A DNA stretch of 64,000 bases from positions 1,547,087-1,611,086 of the forward strand of contig OY761449.1 in NCBI GenBank assembly GCA_963664375.1, read 5' to 3'. The notes beneath the pieces are model-generated. The model was not told the origin of the DNA. It did no database searches and worked only from the letters and a program-made list of their open reading frames with translations. The DNA comes from Dehalococcoidia bacterium (GTDB taxonomy: Bacteria > Chloroflexota > Dehalococcoidia > Lucifugimonadales > UBA3495). This document shows positions 8,817-18,147 of the stretch, in pieces (position 1 is the first letter of the stretch; every line of letters starts with the position of its first letter). The position numbers and the translations under genes were made by a program.

Positions 8817-8853
8817 GCCCTCACCCTAACCCTCTCCCGGAGGGAGAGGGAAA
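8817..8853 (+). repeat. REP1 hairpin element (CCCTCACCCTAACCCTCTCCC-GGA-GGGAGAGGGAA)
   Basis: Intergenic copy. Stem CCTCTCCC/GGGAGAGG. Translates as [11 protein letters not shown] in junk ORFs. Confidence 0.8.
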
Positions 8854-8868
8854 ATGAAACATGCTCTC

Positions 8869-9528
8869 TCAGCCGGACAGGGTGGTGGACCGGCCCACCT
8901 CAGTGGCCGCGTAGCGCCCGGAGCGGCCGGGGATACGCTCCAGCCAGCCGAACTTTGATCTGGCGGCGTTGCGGATGGTCTGGGTGAAGTTGTTGGCGCG
9001 GCGCCATCCTATCAGGTCGAACAATTCGCCAGCCTCGTCGGCCGTGACCCCTTCCAGGCCGAAGAACCGGTCGGCGGCCTCGGTGGCGACGACGACCCTC
9101 CGCATGTCGCCCGTCGGATTTATCGCCTCGCAGAAGGCGACGAAGTCCTGCTTGGACTGCGGAGAGTAGCCGCCCAAGTCCAGCGTATCGTCCCCGGATT
9201 CCCCGTGATAGGCCCCGTTCGCGCCGTTCCCGGAAGGCGCGTAACTTGCAGAGGGATTCGCCCCGCGTCCAGGATGCTGGCCCAGGCCATTGGCAGGATC
9301 CCTCGATACTTCGGCCACTCTGGGCGAAACGTATCCGGGTACACCGATACTTTTTTCCGCTACGCGCTCTACTTCAACTGCCGAACCGGACTGGGCCTCT
9401 CCGGCCTGCTGGCCGTCCGTCTGCATGGTGCTCAAGACCTGGGCCAACACCTCGTGTACTGGCTCGGCGCCGTCCGATTCCAGCGTAACAAGGGCGCCGT
9501 TAGGCAGCGTTATGGACAATTTCAGCAT
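8869..9528 (-). CDS. hypothetical protein
   Basis: 219-aa ORF with coding-like GC3 bias. No family recognised. Confidence 0.45.
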   Translation of the reverse strand: MLKLSITLPNGALVTLESDGAEPVHEVLAQVLSTMQTDGQQAGEAQSGSAVEVERVAEKSIGVPGYVSPRVAEVSRDPANGLGQHPGRGANPSASYAPSGNGANGAYHGESGDDTLDLGGYSPQSKQDFVAFCEAINPTGDMRRVVVATEAADRFFGLEGVTADEAGELFDLIGWRRANNFTQTIRNAARSKFGWLERIPGRSGRYAATEVGRSTTLSG

Positions 9529-9714
9529 GCCTTTCCCGTTACCCGGACATACCTCACCCGGCTACCCTAGGTATATGATACCCGCGGGTAATAGTCAAGA
9601 CATAATGCAACGTGTTACCAATTTCCCCGTTATGTAAACCAGGGACTCTTGCGAGTCCCGGGTCGGCGCGCTGGGGGGTACGGGCGCGGGGCCTCTGGCA
9701 ATTGAGTACCGCCG

Positions 9715-11601
9715 CTAGATGGTCTGCTTGAGGCGTATCGCCAGCGACCGCGTCATTCCCGGCACGGCGGCAATCTCGTCCACCGCGGCCTCCTTGATGC
9801 CCTTGAGAGAACCGAAGCGGCGCATCAGCATGCGCTTGCGTTTCGGGCCTATCCCGCTGACCAGGTCGATGGGCGATCCCAGACTGCCCTTGCTCCGCAG
9901 GTTGCGGTGATAGGTGATGGCAAAGCGGTGCGCCTCGTCTCGAATCCTCTGCACCAGGTACAGGGCCTGGGAGTCTCTCGGCAGTATGATCGGTTCAGGC
10001 GTATGGGGCACGAAAAGCCACTCGTTTTCCTTGGCCAGGGACGCCAGCGGGATATCTTCCAGCCCCAGCTCAAGCATGACCTCCAGGGCGGCGGAAAGCT
10101 GGCCCTTGCCCCCGTCGATCAGCACCAGGTCCGGGACGGCAGCCCAGCCGGTATCGGCGGCCGCTTCGGTTTCCCCGCTGTCCTTGGTATTCCTGGCGGC
10201 GGCCAGACGCTTGAAACGTCGGCGAAGCACCTCGCGCATGCTCTCGAAATCGTCCACGCCGTCAACGGTCTTTACCTTGAAACGGCGGTACTGCGAACGC
10301 TTTGACTGGCCGTCCTCGAACACCACCATGCTGCCCACGGAGTTGCTGCCCTGGATGTGCGAGATGTCGTAGCACTCCATGCGGCGCAGCGGCAGGGGCA
10401 ATGAAAGTTCCTCTTCGAGTTCCGACATGGCCTGCTGGATTACGTCCAGGTTGTCCAGCCACTTGATGCGGTGCTGGGCCAGGCCCTGCCGGGCGTTGTC
10501 GGCCACCGTTTCCACAAGCTGCCGGTGCAAGCCCCTCTGCGGCCATACCAGCCGTACCGCGCCCTGCCGGAGACCGCGCAGCCACTCGGTAACCACCTCT
10601 TCGTCCTCAACCTGATGCTGGGTGACGATGCGGGGCGGGATGGTCTGGGCCGAGCCGTAGAACTGCTTGATGAACTGCCCAATGACGACGGCGGCGGAAT
10701 CGTCCTGCGCTCCCTCCATGAAGAAATGATCGCGGCCTATGAGCTTGCCCTTGCGGATGAAGAACACCTCGACCCAAGCCTCGGCGGAACCCTGCGCCAC
10801 GGCGATCACGTCCATTCCCGCCTGCCACGTGGGGTTGCCGCCAGCGGCCGGGTTTGAATCGACCTTGATACGCCGCTCCTCGGCCACCCTTTCCACGGCC
10901 TTGATCCGGTCGCGCAACACCGCCGCCCGCTCGAACTCCAGCTCCTCCGCGGCCCGGTTCATGTTTTCTTCCAGGTCTTGCGTTACCGAGTCGGTGTCGC
11001 CCTCCATGAACATGACGACCTGGTCGATGACCTTGGCGTATTCCTCGCGGCTGGCAAAGCCCGTGCATGGAGCCACGCACCGGTTGATGTAGTACTCCAG
11101 GCAGGGGCGCGGATCGGTCCCGGTGATCTTCTTGGTGCAGGAGCGGTAGGGGAAGAGCCGCTTCACCAGGTCCATGGACTTCCGCACTGTGTTGGCGGTG
11201 GCGAAAGGCCCGAAATACCTTGCGCCGTCCTTGGCAACCCGGCGGGTGATGTAGACCCTGGGGAATTCCTCGTTCAGGTCGATTTTCAGGTAGGGGTAGG
11301 TCTTGTCGTCCTTGAGGCGGGCGTTGTAGCGGGGCTTGTAGCGCTTGATCAGCGTGTTTTCCAGAATGAGCGCCTCTGCCTCCGTGTCCGTGACGATGTA
11401 CTCGAAGTCGTGGACATGCCCCATCATGCGGCGCGTCTTGTTGGCCTGGGCGGAAGGCGAGCCAAAATACGTTCGGAGCCGGTTGCGCAGTACGCTGGCC
11501 TTTCCCACGTACAGCACCGTGCCGCGGGCGTCCTTCATGAGGTACACGCCCGGGCGCTCCGGGGTGGCTTGCAGCCGTTGTTCAACCAGTGGCAGGGGCA
11601 T
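9715..11601 (-). CDS. uvrC: excinuclease ABC subunit C
   Basis: 628 aa. GIY-YIG N-terminus (PGVYLMKDARGTVLYVGKA), a UvrBC domain and a C-terminal HhH (GIGPKRKRMLMRRFGS). Confidence 0.95.
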   Translation of the reverse strand: MPLPLVEQRLQATPERPGVYLMKDARGTVLYVGKASVLRNRLRTYFGSPSAQANKTRRMMGHVHDFEYIVTDTEAEALILENTLIKRYKPRYNARLKDDKTYPYLKIDLNEEFPRVYITRRVAKDGARYFGPFATANTVRKSMDLVKRLFPYRSCTKKITGTDPRPCLEYYINRCVAPCTGFASREEYAKVIDQVVMFMEGDTDSVTQDLEENMNRAAEELEFERAAVLRDRIKAVERVAEERRIKVDSNPAAGGNPTWQAGMDVIAVAQGSAEAWVEVFFIRKGKLIGRDHFFMEGAQDDSAAVVIGQFIKQFYGSAQTIPPRIVTQHQVEDEEVVTEWLRGLRQGAVRLVWPQRGLHRQLVETVADNARQGLAQHRIKWLDNLDVIQQAMSELEEELSLPLPLRRMECYDISHIQGSNSVGSMVVFEDGQSKRSQYRRFKVKTVDGVDDFESMREVLRRRFKRLAAARNTKDSGETEAAADTGWAAVPDLVLIDGGKGQLSAALEVMLELGLEDIPLASLAKENEWLFVPHTPEPIILPRDSQALYLVQRIRDEAHRFAITYHRNLRSKGSLGSPIDLVSGIGPKRKRMLMRRFGSLKGIKEAAVDEIAAVPGMTRSLAIRLKQTI

Positions 11602-11625
11602 CGTCAGCCTGCGCCGGCTCGATTA

Positions 11626-12000
11626 TCAGAGAACGAACGACAGCGCCACCAGCGCCGCCACGGCCACCGTAGCCAGCACGCCGATGCGGCGCAATTCGGA
11701 TCCCACGTAATTGTAGGCCGCCGGGCGTTCTCCCCTGACGCGGGCCTGGGGTCGAGTCGGGGCGGCCGGTTGGGGCGCAACGGCGGCGACGGGAGCCGAC
11801 TGCGGGGGATCGGCTACGGCAGTGCTGCCGGAGACGGCCCCGCCCGCCTCCATTGCCAGCGCGGCCCCTCCGCCATTCGAGGCCTGAGGAGCGGGACGGG
11901 GCGCCGTGGCTGGGACTCCGTTCGGGCCTCGCTGTCCCTTCTTTCTGCGTCGGCCCAATTCGCCTTGGCGGGCTGCTACCCGCTTGGATTTTCCTGCCAT
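11626..12000 (-). CDS. hypothetical small protein, basic N-terminus and C-terminal TM anchor
   Basis: Start taken at MAGKSKRV (12000). The longer ORF to 12387 only extends through the MITE copy. The C-terminus IGVLATVAVAALVALSFVL is hydrophobic. Confidence 0.4.
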   Translation of the reverse strand: MAGKSKRVAARQGELGRRRKKGQRGPNGVPATAPRPAPQASNGGGAALAMEAGGAVSGSTAVADPPQSAPVAAVAPQPAAPTRPQARVRGERPAAYNYVGSELRRIGVLATVAVAALVALSFVL

Positions 12001-12132
12001 GATTATGCACCTCCCGGGAGGTTGCGGGCGCCGGACTGACGCGGCCATCGGCGATAAGTCCAGCGTTTTTTTCTTTATATCAACATCTACTATATCAGCA
12101 ATGAGGGGAAAAAGGCAGTGCGCAGCCAGCGG

Positions 12133-12304
12133 GGTATTCTCAGTATGTGTTGGTATTCCCATGTAGGGGCGCACAGCCGTGCGCCCTGGCCCCGGTTCCA
12201 GCACAATTCTCTCCTGCGCAGACACGGGCGCACGGCTGTGCGCCCCTACGCGGCGGGGCCAAGCAGACAAATCGCATCCAATAACAGCACATGTTGAGAA
12301 TGCC
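12133..12304 (+). mobile_element. MITE copy A (172 bp; 25-bp TIRs; 8-bp TSD GCCAGCGG)
   Basis: Left end ggtattctcagtatgtgttggtatt, right end aataacagcacatgttgagaatgcc. GCCAGCGG is present at 12125-12132 and again at 12305-12312. The interior holds two GGGGCGCAC-N4-GTGCGCCCC hairpins around a ~40-bp core. Confidence 0.85.
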
Positions 12305-12370
12305 GCCAGCGGCGAACGGCACGATTTGGGGCTGTTCCGGGGAGTCGTGCGGGACGGCGGGAAGTATACA

Positions 12371-12397
12371 AAAAAGAGGCCCGTCACCTGACGGGCC
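12371..12397 (-). terminator. intrinsic terminator downstream of the recombinase gene
   Basis: The GGCCCGTCA/TGACGGGCC stem is followed on the minus strand by a TTTTT run (aaaaa at 12371-12375). Confidence 0.7.
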
Positions 12398-12425
12398 CCT
12401 CGGAAATGTCGAGTCGATTACACGA

Positions 12426-13352
12426 CTACGCGCGGGGGTGACTCTTTTCGTATTCCTCCCGCATGTAGGGGTCGGTCAGGTGCGTGTAGACCTGGGTGGT
12501 CGAGATGCTGGAGTGCCCCAGCAGTTCCTGGACGTGGCGCAGCGACGCGCCGTTCTGGAGCAGATGGGTGGCGAAGCTGTGGCGCAAGGTGTGGGGCGTG
12601 ATGCTCGTCTTGATTCCGGCGGCCTGGGCGTAGTTCTTGAGCACCGACCAGACCCATTGCCGGGTCAGGCGTTCCCCGCGGTGGTTCACGAACAGGGCCT
12701 GCTCGTCCTTTCGCTTGCCCAGCAACATGGGACGCGAGTTTCTCATGTAGTTCCTGAGTTCCTGCAAAGCCTTGGGGTAGAGATGCACGATGCGTTCCTT
12801 GGAACCCTTCCCCAGGCAGCGCACGTACGATTCCTCGGGGTTAACGTCGCCCACGTTCAGCGACACCAGTTCGCCGACCCGCAGCCCGGTGGCATAGAGC
12901 AGTTCCATCATCACCGCATCGCGCTGCCCTTCGTTGGTGCCGGGCTTGTAGCCCTCATCCAGCAGCCTGCCGATCTCTTCCTCGGTGAGGTACTTCGGCA
13001 GCGATCTGCCAACCTTGGGCGTGCCCAGTGACTCGGTCGGATCCTCGGTGATGATGCCGTTCTCCGCCATAAACCCAAAGAACGACTTGACCGAGGCGAC
13101 CTTGCGGGCAGTGGTGGCGTTCCGGTACCCCTTCCGTTCTCTAAGGTCAGTGATGTACAGGTTCAGGGTGTCGATACTGACGGAAGTCCAGTTGAAAGCG
13201 CTTGAGCCGTTTTCTCCCGCCTTGCCCACGCCATTCGGTTGGAGAAACTCCACGAATTGTGAGAGGTCGTTGCGGTAGGCAGAACAGGTGTTTTGGGAAA
13301 ATCCCTTTTCCACGAGGAGATGCTGAAGAAAAGACGACACAGTACGGTCCAT
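12426..13352 (-). CDS. site-specific tyrosine recombinase XerC/XerD family
   Basis: The N-terminal core-binding domain (FLQHLLVEKGFSQNTCSAYRNDLSQFVEFL) and the C-terminal LRHSFATHLLQNGASLRHVQELLGHSSISTTQVYTHL carry the catalytic R..H..R..Y pattern. Confidence 0.85.
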   Translation of the reverse strand: MDRTVSSFLQHLLVEKGFSQNTCSAYRNDLSQFVEFLQPNGVGKAGENGSSAFNWTSVSIDTLNLYITDLRERKGYRNATTARKVASVKSFFGFMAENGIITEDPTESLGTPKVGRSLPKYLTEEEIGRLLDEGYKPGTNEGQRDAVMMELLYATGLRVGELVSLNVGDVNPEESYVRCLGKGSKERIVHLYPKALQELRNYMRNSRPMLLGKRKDEQALFVNHRGERLTRQWVWSVLKNYAQAAGIKTSITPHTLRHSFATHLLQNGASLRHVQELLGHSSISTTQVYTHLTDPYMREEYEKSHPRA

Positions 13353-13516
13353 GGTGCGTATCCTTTCGCCGTAGCGTAAAACAGATGAACAAGTCATCAA
13401 TGGGACGATGCCTGTTCAGTACTTGAGGGGATACTAGCACACCTATGGATGTTCACTGCTATGGGACAAAAACCGGAATTTGACCAAATTAGAGTTCTGT
13501 CAACCATCGCCGGTAA

Positions 13517-13549
13517 CAAAAGGAGCGCCCCGGCAACCGGCCGGGGCGT
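13517..13549 (-). terminator. intrinsic terminator downstream of the thiolase-like gene
   Basis: The CGCCCCGG/CCGGGGCG stem is followed by a T-rich tract on the minus strand (tccttttgtt). Confidence 0.6.
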
Positions 13550-13579
13550 TCAGTTCAGGCGAGGACTCCACAGGGCCGT

Positions 13580-14752
13580 TCAGGTCGCCAGAAGCACGGT
13601 GCCGGTGGAGGACAGGGAACCCCCGGTGCCGTTGACGATGGCCGTCTTGGCCGCGTCACCGGAAGAGCGTTTGCTCATCACCTGCCGGTCGCCGCACTCT
13701 CCCCGCAACTGCCTGACCGCCTCCACCAGCAGGAAAATGCCGTACATCCCCGGGTGGGTGTAGGATAGTCCGCCGCCGCTGGTGTTGAGCGGGAAATCGC
13801 CGCCGGGAGCGGTGCGCTGGTCGGCCACGAAGTCCGCCGCCTCGCCCCGTCCACAGAAGCCCAGCGACTCCAGCGTGACCATCACGGTGTAGGTAAACGA
13901 ATCGTAAATCATCGCCAGGTCCAGGTCGTCGTGGGACAACCCGGCCCGCGCCATCGCCCGCGGCCCCGACTCCCGCGCCGGGGTGATGGTGTAGGAAGGC
14001 ATCTGGCTGATGATGTTGTGGTCGTGGGACTCGCCGCCGCCCAGCACCCACACTGGCTGCTTGCGGCAACTGGCGGCGCGCTCGGCGGTGGTCACGATCA
14101 CGGCGGCCCCGCTGTCCGTGACCAGGCAGCAGTCCAGCAGGTGGAAGGGCCACGACACCCACCGGGAGTTGTGGTAGTCGTCAAAGCTCATGGGCGTGTC
14201 ATGCATCTGCGCCACAGGGTTCAGGTTTGCCCACTTGCGCGTCGCCACGGCGATCTCGGCCATGCCCTGGCGGGTCTTGTCCTCGCCGTACTCGTGCATG
14301 TACCGCGTGCATGCCATGGAGTAGTTGATGGGTGCGCCGATGATGCCGTAGGGTGCCTCGTACATCGCAGCGGGCAGGTTGCCGTCGGTCGGAACGCGCA
14401 CCCGTGTCGAGCGGCCCGCCTGGCCGTGGGTGATCAGCGCGGTCTCGCAGTATCCGGCGCGGATGGCGGCGATGGCATGGGCCACGTGGATGATGAAGGA
14501 CGACCCGCCCACGGAGGTGCTGTCGGTAAACAACGGCTCAATGCCGAAGTATTCAGCCGTGGCCAGCGTGGAGAACCCGGCGGTCAGAACGCCGTCGATG
14601 TCGCTCATCTGGAGGCCGGCGTCGTCCAGCGCGTTGTAAGCCGCCTCGGCGTGGTGTTGCAGCGATGACTTTCCGGGCACGTTGCCCATGACGTCCGACT
14701 CGGCAACCCCCACGATCGCTATATCCCTTGACGCGGAACCGTTTGTAGCCAC
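13580..14752 (-). CDS. thiolase-like protein of the SCP-x/lipid-transfer (Ltp) type
   Basis: Thiolase fold motifs (LLDCCLVTDSGAAVIV, NTSGGGLSYTHPGMYG). The expected nucleophile position reads VGGSS with no Cys. The start is uncertain (GTG 14752 or ATG 14839). Confidence 0.75.
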   Translation of the reverse strand: MATNGSASRDIAIVGVAESDVMGNVPGKSSLQHHAEAAYNALDDAGLQMSDIDGVLTAGFSTLATAEYFGIEPLFTDSTSVGGSSFIIHVAHAIAAIRAGYCETALITHGQAGRSTRVRVPTDGNLPAAMYEAPYGIIGAPINYSMACTRYMHEYGEDKTRQGMAEIAVATRKWANLNPVAQMHDTPMSFDDYHNSRWVSWPFHLLDCCLVTDSGAAVIVTTAERAASCRKQPVWVLGGGESHDHNIISQMPSYTITPARESGPRAMARAGLSHDDLDLAMIYDSFTYTVMVTLESLGFCGRGEAADFVADQRTAPGGDFPLNTSGGGLSYTHPGMYGIFLLVEAVRQLRGECGDRQVMSKRSSGDAAKTAIVNGTGGSLSSTGTVLLAT

Positions 14753-14862
14753 GATAACCCCCCGACCGGCTGAGAAAATTCGCGGTGAAACCACCGCGCA
14801 GATACTACAACACGGCGGGCATGCCCACAAGCATAGCAATCAGTAAGATGGTGTGTGCAAAG

Positions 14863-14898
14863 TTCCCTCTCCCTCCGGGAGAGGGTTAGGGTGAGGGC
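14863..14898 (-). repeat. REP1 hairpin element (inverted orientation)
   Basis: ttccctctccctccgggagagggttagggtgagggc lies in the divergent intergenic region. Confidence 0.8.
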
Positions 14899-15122
14899 GT
14901 CCCCCTTACTCTCGCAGGAACGAAGGATACCGCCTTGGCGTCCACCTTGTCCGCAAAAGGCGATAGTCACACCCCCTCTGAGTCAATGTCTACAAACGTG
15001 AAAGCTTATTGCGCCTCGCGTACCGCGTGCCCGCCCTGAGCAAACCGGGTCGCGCTACAAGGATGGTAAAATTCATTTGACTACTACATCGGGATTTCAG
15101 TCCACTGACAGGACAACGGAGC

Positions 15123-15710
15123 ATGACTATGTTGGACGCGAATCAGACGGTGGCCTTCACCAGCATGGCGGAAGGCACCCGCGAGGACTACGAACTGCTG
15201 GAGGGGCTGGAGGCGAAGTTCGCTGAGGGCACGGCCGACCGGGTGCTGGAACAACTCCGCGCCCTGGCGGGATCGCTGTCAGGATACAAGGTGGACCGGC
15301 TGGAGCACTCTCTGCAAAGCGCCACGCGGGCCTACCGCGACGGGGCCGACGAGGAGATGGTTGTGGCCGCCCTGCTCCACGACATCGGCGACCTGCTATC
15401 GCCCTACAATCACAGCGAGATGGCCGCGGCGGTGTTGCGCCCGTACGTGTCGGAAAAGACCTGCTGGATCGTGCGCCACCACGGGCTGTTCCAGAGCTAC
15501 TACTACGCCCACCATACCGGCGGCGACCGCAACGCCCGCGACGCCTACCTCGACCACCCCTGGTACCAGGACACGGTGGACTTCTGCCACCGCTGGGACC
15601 AGTCGTCCTTTGACCCGGACTACGAGTCGCTGCCACTGGAGTTCTTCGAGCCTATGGTGCGGCGGATTTTCGCCCGGGAACCGTTCAGCGCGGCGAAACG
15701 GGAAGGCTAA
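15123..15710 (+). CDS. HD-domain protein (PhnZ/MIOX-like HD family)
   Basis: 195 aa with an LLHDIGD HD motif and additional His (RHHG, HH). Size and layout resemble PhnZ-type HD oxygenases/phosphohydrolases, but the specific function is not determinable. Confidence 0.65.
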   Translation: MTMLDANQTVAFTSMAEGTREDYELLEGLEAKFAEGTADRVLEQLRALAGSLSGYKVDRLEHSLQSATRAYRDGADEEMVVAALLHDIGDLLSPYNHSEMAAAVLRPYVSEKTCWIVRHHGLFQSYYYAHHTGGDRNARDAYLDHPWYQDTVDFCHRWDQSSFDPDYESLPLEFFEPMVRRIFAREPFSAAKREG

Positions 15711-15765
15711 TCAACTATCTCAAAACCAGCGAATTCAACTTAGGCGGCTCACTGGACTGCCTTTT

Positions 15766-15803
15766 AACCCACACCATAACCCTCCCCCTCAAGGGAGAGG
15801 GAA
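15766..15803 (+). repeat. REP1 hairpin element (degenerate)
   Basis: aacccacaccataaccctccccctcaagggagagggaa lies between convergent genes. Confidence 0.65.
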
Positions 15804-15821
15804 TTGCCGAGACTATGTAGC

Positions 15822-16403
15822 CTACGACCGCCGAGGCAAAGCGTCTTTCAGTTCCTCGCTGGTCTTCCAGGCGGGTTGCGGCGTTTCCCGGCCTTCGTGA
15901 GGCACGTATTCCGACGGTTCCACAAAGCGGTACTTGTGGACGTAGCGCGGGCAGTTCTTGTAGACCTCGGTCACTTCGACCCGCACGATGAACTGCGCCT
16001 CCGCGTATTCGGCCAGCAGCGCGTCGTCTTCCTCGATGCGGGCGACGCCCTGGACGCGCAACCGCTGGCTGCCCTCGAAGTCCACGAACAGCAGGCCGAC
16101 GTTGGGGTTGCGCAGCAGGTTGCCCATGGACTGGTATTTGCCGTTGCCGTCGTAGTTCGGAAAGGCCAGCGTTTCCTCGTCTACGACTCGCACAAACCCC
16201 GGATCGCCGCCTTTGTAGGAGCAGGTGGGCAACCCCCGGTCGTCGCAGGTGGCGAGGAAAAACATCCGCGCCTCCTCGATGATCGCCCGCGCTTCGTGGC
16301 CGATAGTATCGGTGACCCGCTCTTTCAACCGGTCGGCAAGCCTGCGGGTGTCGAACCGCTCCTGCAACCGGAGATTGCCGTCGTGGTAGTCGTGTACTTT
16401 CAT
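15822..16403 (-). CDS. pyridoxamine 5'-phosphate oxidase-family FMN-binding protein
   Basis: The ARMFFLATCDDRGLPTCSYKGGDPGFVRVVDEETLAFPNYDGNG pattern is typical of PNPOx-like split-barrel proteins. Confidence 0.75.
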   Translation of the reverse strand: MKVHDYHDGNLRLQERFDTRRLADRLKERVTDTIGHEARAIIEEARMFFLATCDDRGLPTCSYKGGDPGFVRVVDEETLAFPNYDGNGKYQSMGNLLRNPNVGLLFVDFEGSQRLRVQGVARIEEDDALLAEYAEAQFIVRVEVTEVYKNCPRYVHKYRFVEPSEYVPHEGRETPQPAWKTSEELKDALPRRS

Positions 16404-16474
16404 TTCTTTCGCTCACGTGGATGTACAGGATGAGATAACGGCAGCGCGAGGACGGTATTTTGCAAACACCCCGG

Positions 16475-16849
16475 TTATGGCATTTCCTCGCGGGCGCGGT
16501 GAATTTGGACGGCGGCTGACTCAATGGACGACCCGCGCACCGGCGGGTTTGGCTTCTTTACAGTGACCGAGACGGCATCCACCGGAAACTCGGCCAGCAC
16601 CCGCTTGGCGATGGCTTCGGCCGCCGACTCCAGCAGGTTTCGGGGTTCGCCCTCGATTACGGCGCGCACCGAACGATATATGTGGGAGTAGCTGACCGTG
16701 TCGTCCAGCCTGTCAGATGCGCCCGCCTGTCTCAGGTCCAGGTCGACAGTCAGGTCAACGACGTACCGCTGTCCCAGCACTCGTTCCTCCGGGTTCACTC
16801 CGTGGTACCCGTAGAACTGCATGCCTTGCAGGATAATCTGATCAGACAT
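16475..16849 (-). CDS. folB: dihydroneopterin aldolase
   Basis: 124 aa. ILQGMQFYGYHGVNPEERVLGQRYVVDLTVDLDL is the FolB signature. Confidence 0.85.
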   Translation of the reverse strand: MSDQIILQGMQFYGYHGVNPEERVLGQRYVVDLTVDLDLRQAGASDRLDDTVSYSHIYRSVRAVIEGEPRNLLESAAEAIAKRVLAEFPVDAVSVTVKKPNPPVRGSSIESAAVQIHRAREEMP

Positions 16850-16861
16850 GTTCGGCGGCTA

Positions 16862-17740
16862 CTATGAGCCAGCTTGAGCGATAGAGTCGGCGAGGGCCAG
16901 CAGGTTCTGGGCCCGCTTGACCACTGGCACATCGACCATCCGTCCGTCCAGCGCCAGAGATCCCCGTCCCGCGGCCTCAGCCGCGTCCCAGGCCTCGACG
17001 ATGCGGCGGGCGTACTCGATTTCCTCGTCGGAAGGGCTGAAAGTCTCGTTGATGATCTCCAACTGGGCGGGATGGATGGCGAACTTGCCAGTGTAGCCCA
17101 TCCGCCGCGCCCACTGTGCGTCGTCCCGCAAGGCGTCCGGGTCGCGGAAGCGGACGAAGGGGGAATCCAGGCCGCCCACCCCGGCGGCTCGCGCCGCAAC
17201 CGGGACCAGCGATCTGGGAACAGTCACCTCCTCCCCTGTATCAGTGCGCTCAATGCCCATGTCGTTGGTGAAGTCCTCTGCGCCGAAGGCGATGGCCGCA
17301 ATGCGCGGCGACGACTCGGCGACGGCGCGGGCGTCCCACATGGCCTTGGCCGTTTCGATCCAGGGAATGATGCGCAGAGTACCGACCTCGATTCCAGCCG
17401 CGGCCTCCAGCGGGGCAAGGAGGCTGTCCACGGTGCGGATGTCGCGCACCGACTCGACCTTGCCCAGGCTGATGCCGTGCAGCGACGGGGAGACGACAGC
17501 CTCAAGCTCCGCCCGCGTGAGGCCGGTGTCCAGCGAGTTCACCCGCACCATGACCCGCTTGCCTTCAGCGCGCAGAGAGGGCACCCACTCACGCGCCATC
17601 TCGCGCGCGGCTGCCTTTTCGCCCGGAGGCACCGAGTCCTCCAGGTCAACCATGATTACGTCGGCGTCGAAGGAGCGGGCCCGCTCCAGCATGTTCTCCC
17701 GGTTCCCGGGAACAAAGATAAGGCTGCGGATAAGTTCCAT
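16862..17740 (-). CDS. HpcH/HpaI aldolase-citrate lyase beta (CitE-like) acyl-CoA lyase
   Basis: RSLIFVPGNRENMLERA....DADVIMVDLEDSV is the CitE/malyl-CoA lyase N-terminal signature. Confidence 0.85.
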   Translation of the reverse strand: MELIRSLIFVPGNRENMLERARSFDADVIMVDLEDSVPPGEKAAAREMAREWVPSLRAEGKRVMVRVNSLDTGLTRAELEAVVSPSLHGISLGKVESVRDIRTVDSLLAPLEAAAGIEVGTLRIIPWIETAKAMWDARAVAESSPRIAAIAFGAEDFTNDMGIERTDTGEEVTVPRSLVPVAARAAGVGGLDSPFVRFRDPDALRDDAQWARRMGYTGKFAIHPAQLEIINETFSPSDEEIEYARRIVEAWDAAEAAGRGSLALDGRMVDVPVVKRAQNLLALADSIAQAGS

Positions 17741-17753
17741 TGGTTTCTCTCAC

Positions 17754-18113
17754 CTACAGGATGTACGGCGGATGAATTTCATCATCCGGCACTTTCTCAA
17801 TTTCGTGAGTAACCGGGTTCACCTTGAAGCGAAGGTTCTGCAAGAGTTCGTAGCCAAGCAAGGGCGTGGCCGCTGGCACCAGAATAGCGCCAAACCCTTG
17901 GCTCTTGAGTTCGCCGCGCACAAAGTATGTCGGAACATCCACCCATCCTGTTGCGCTCATTAGCCTGACCGTACCTCCGGTGAGGCTGAGTCCAAGTGCC
18001 TCGATTTCCTGCACCGGAAGAGCCAGGTAGGTTGACCCAGTATCAACCATAAACTCGTAATCCCGGGACCCCAGTTCTCCGAACACCCTGGCTTGTACGG
18101 TCGTAACTCCCAT
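17754..18113 (-). CDS. retropepsin-like (clan AA) aspartic protease
   Basis: 119 aa with the catalytic-type motif FMVDTGSTYLALP. The C-terminus LRFKVNPVTHEIEKV parallels the paralog at 37242. Confidence 0.65.
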   Translation of the reverse strand: MGVTTVQARVFGELGSRDYEFMVDTGSTYLALPVQEIEALGLSLTGGTVRLMSATGWVDVPTYFVRGELKSQGFGAILVPAATPLLGYELLQNLRFKVNPVTHEIEKVPDDEIHPPYIL

Positions 18114-18147
18114 TTGTTCAATCCTCTCGGTTATTGTTGCACAAGGG

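Noticed and set aside
11626-12387. 253-aa version of the small minus-strand ORF, together with ORFs 12140-12322, 23390-23826, 23555-23875, 36869-37153 and 37000-37386
   Set aside because: Their extra length is supplied entirely by MITE or REP sequence (peptides such as GAQPCAP, RTAVRPYMGIP and LTLPRRERE). These are repeat-derived junk ORFs.
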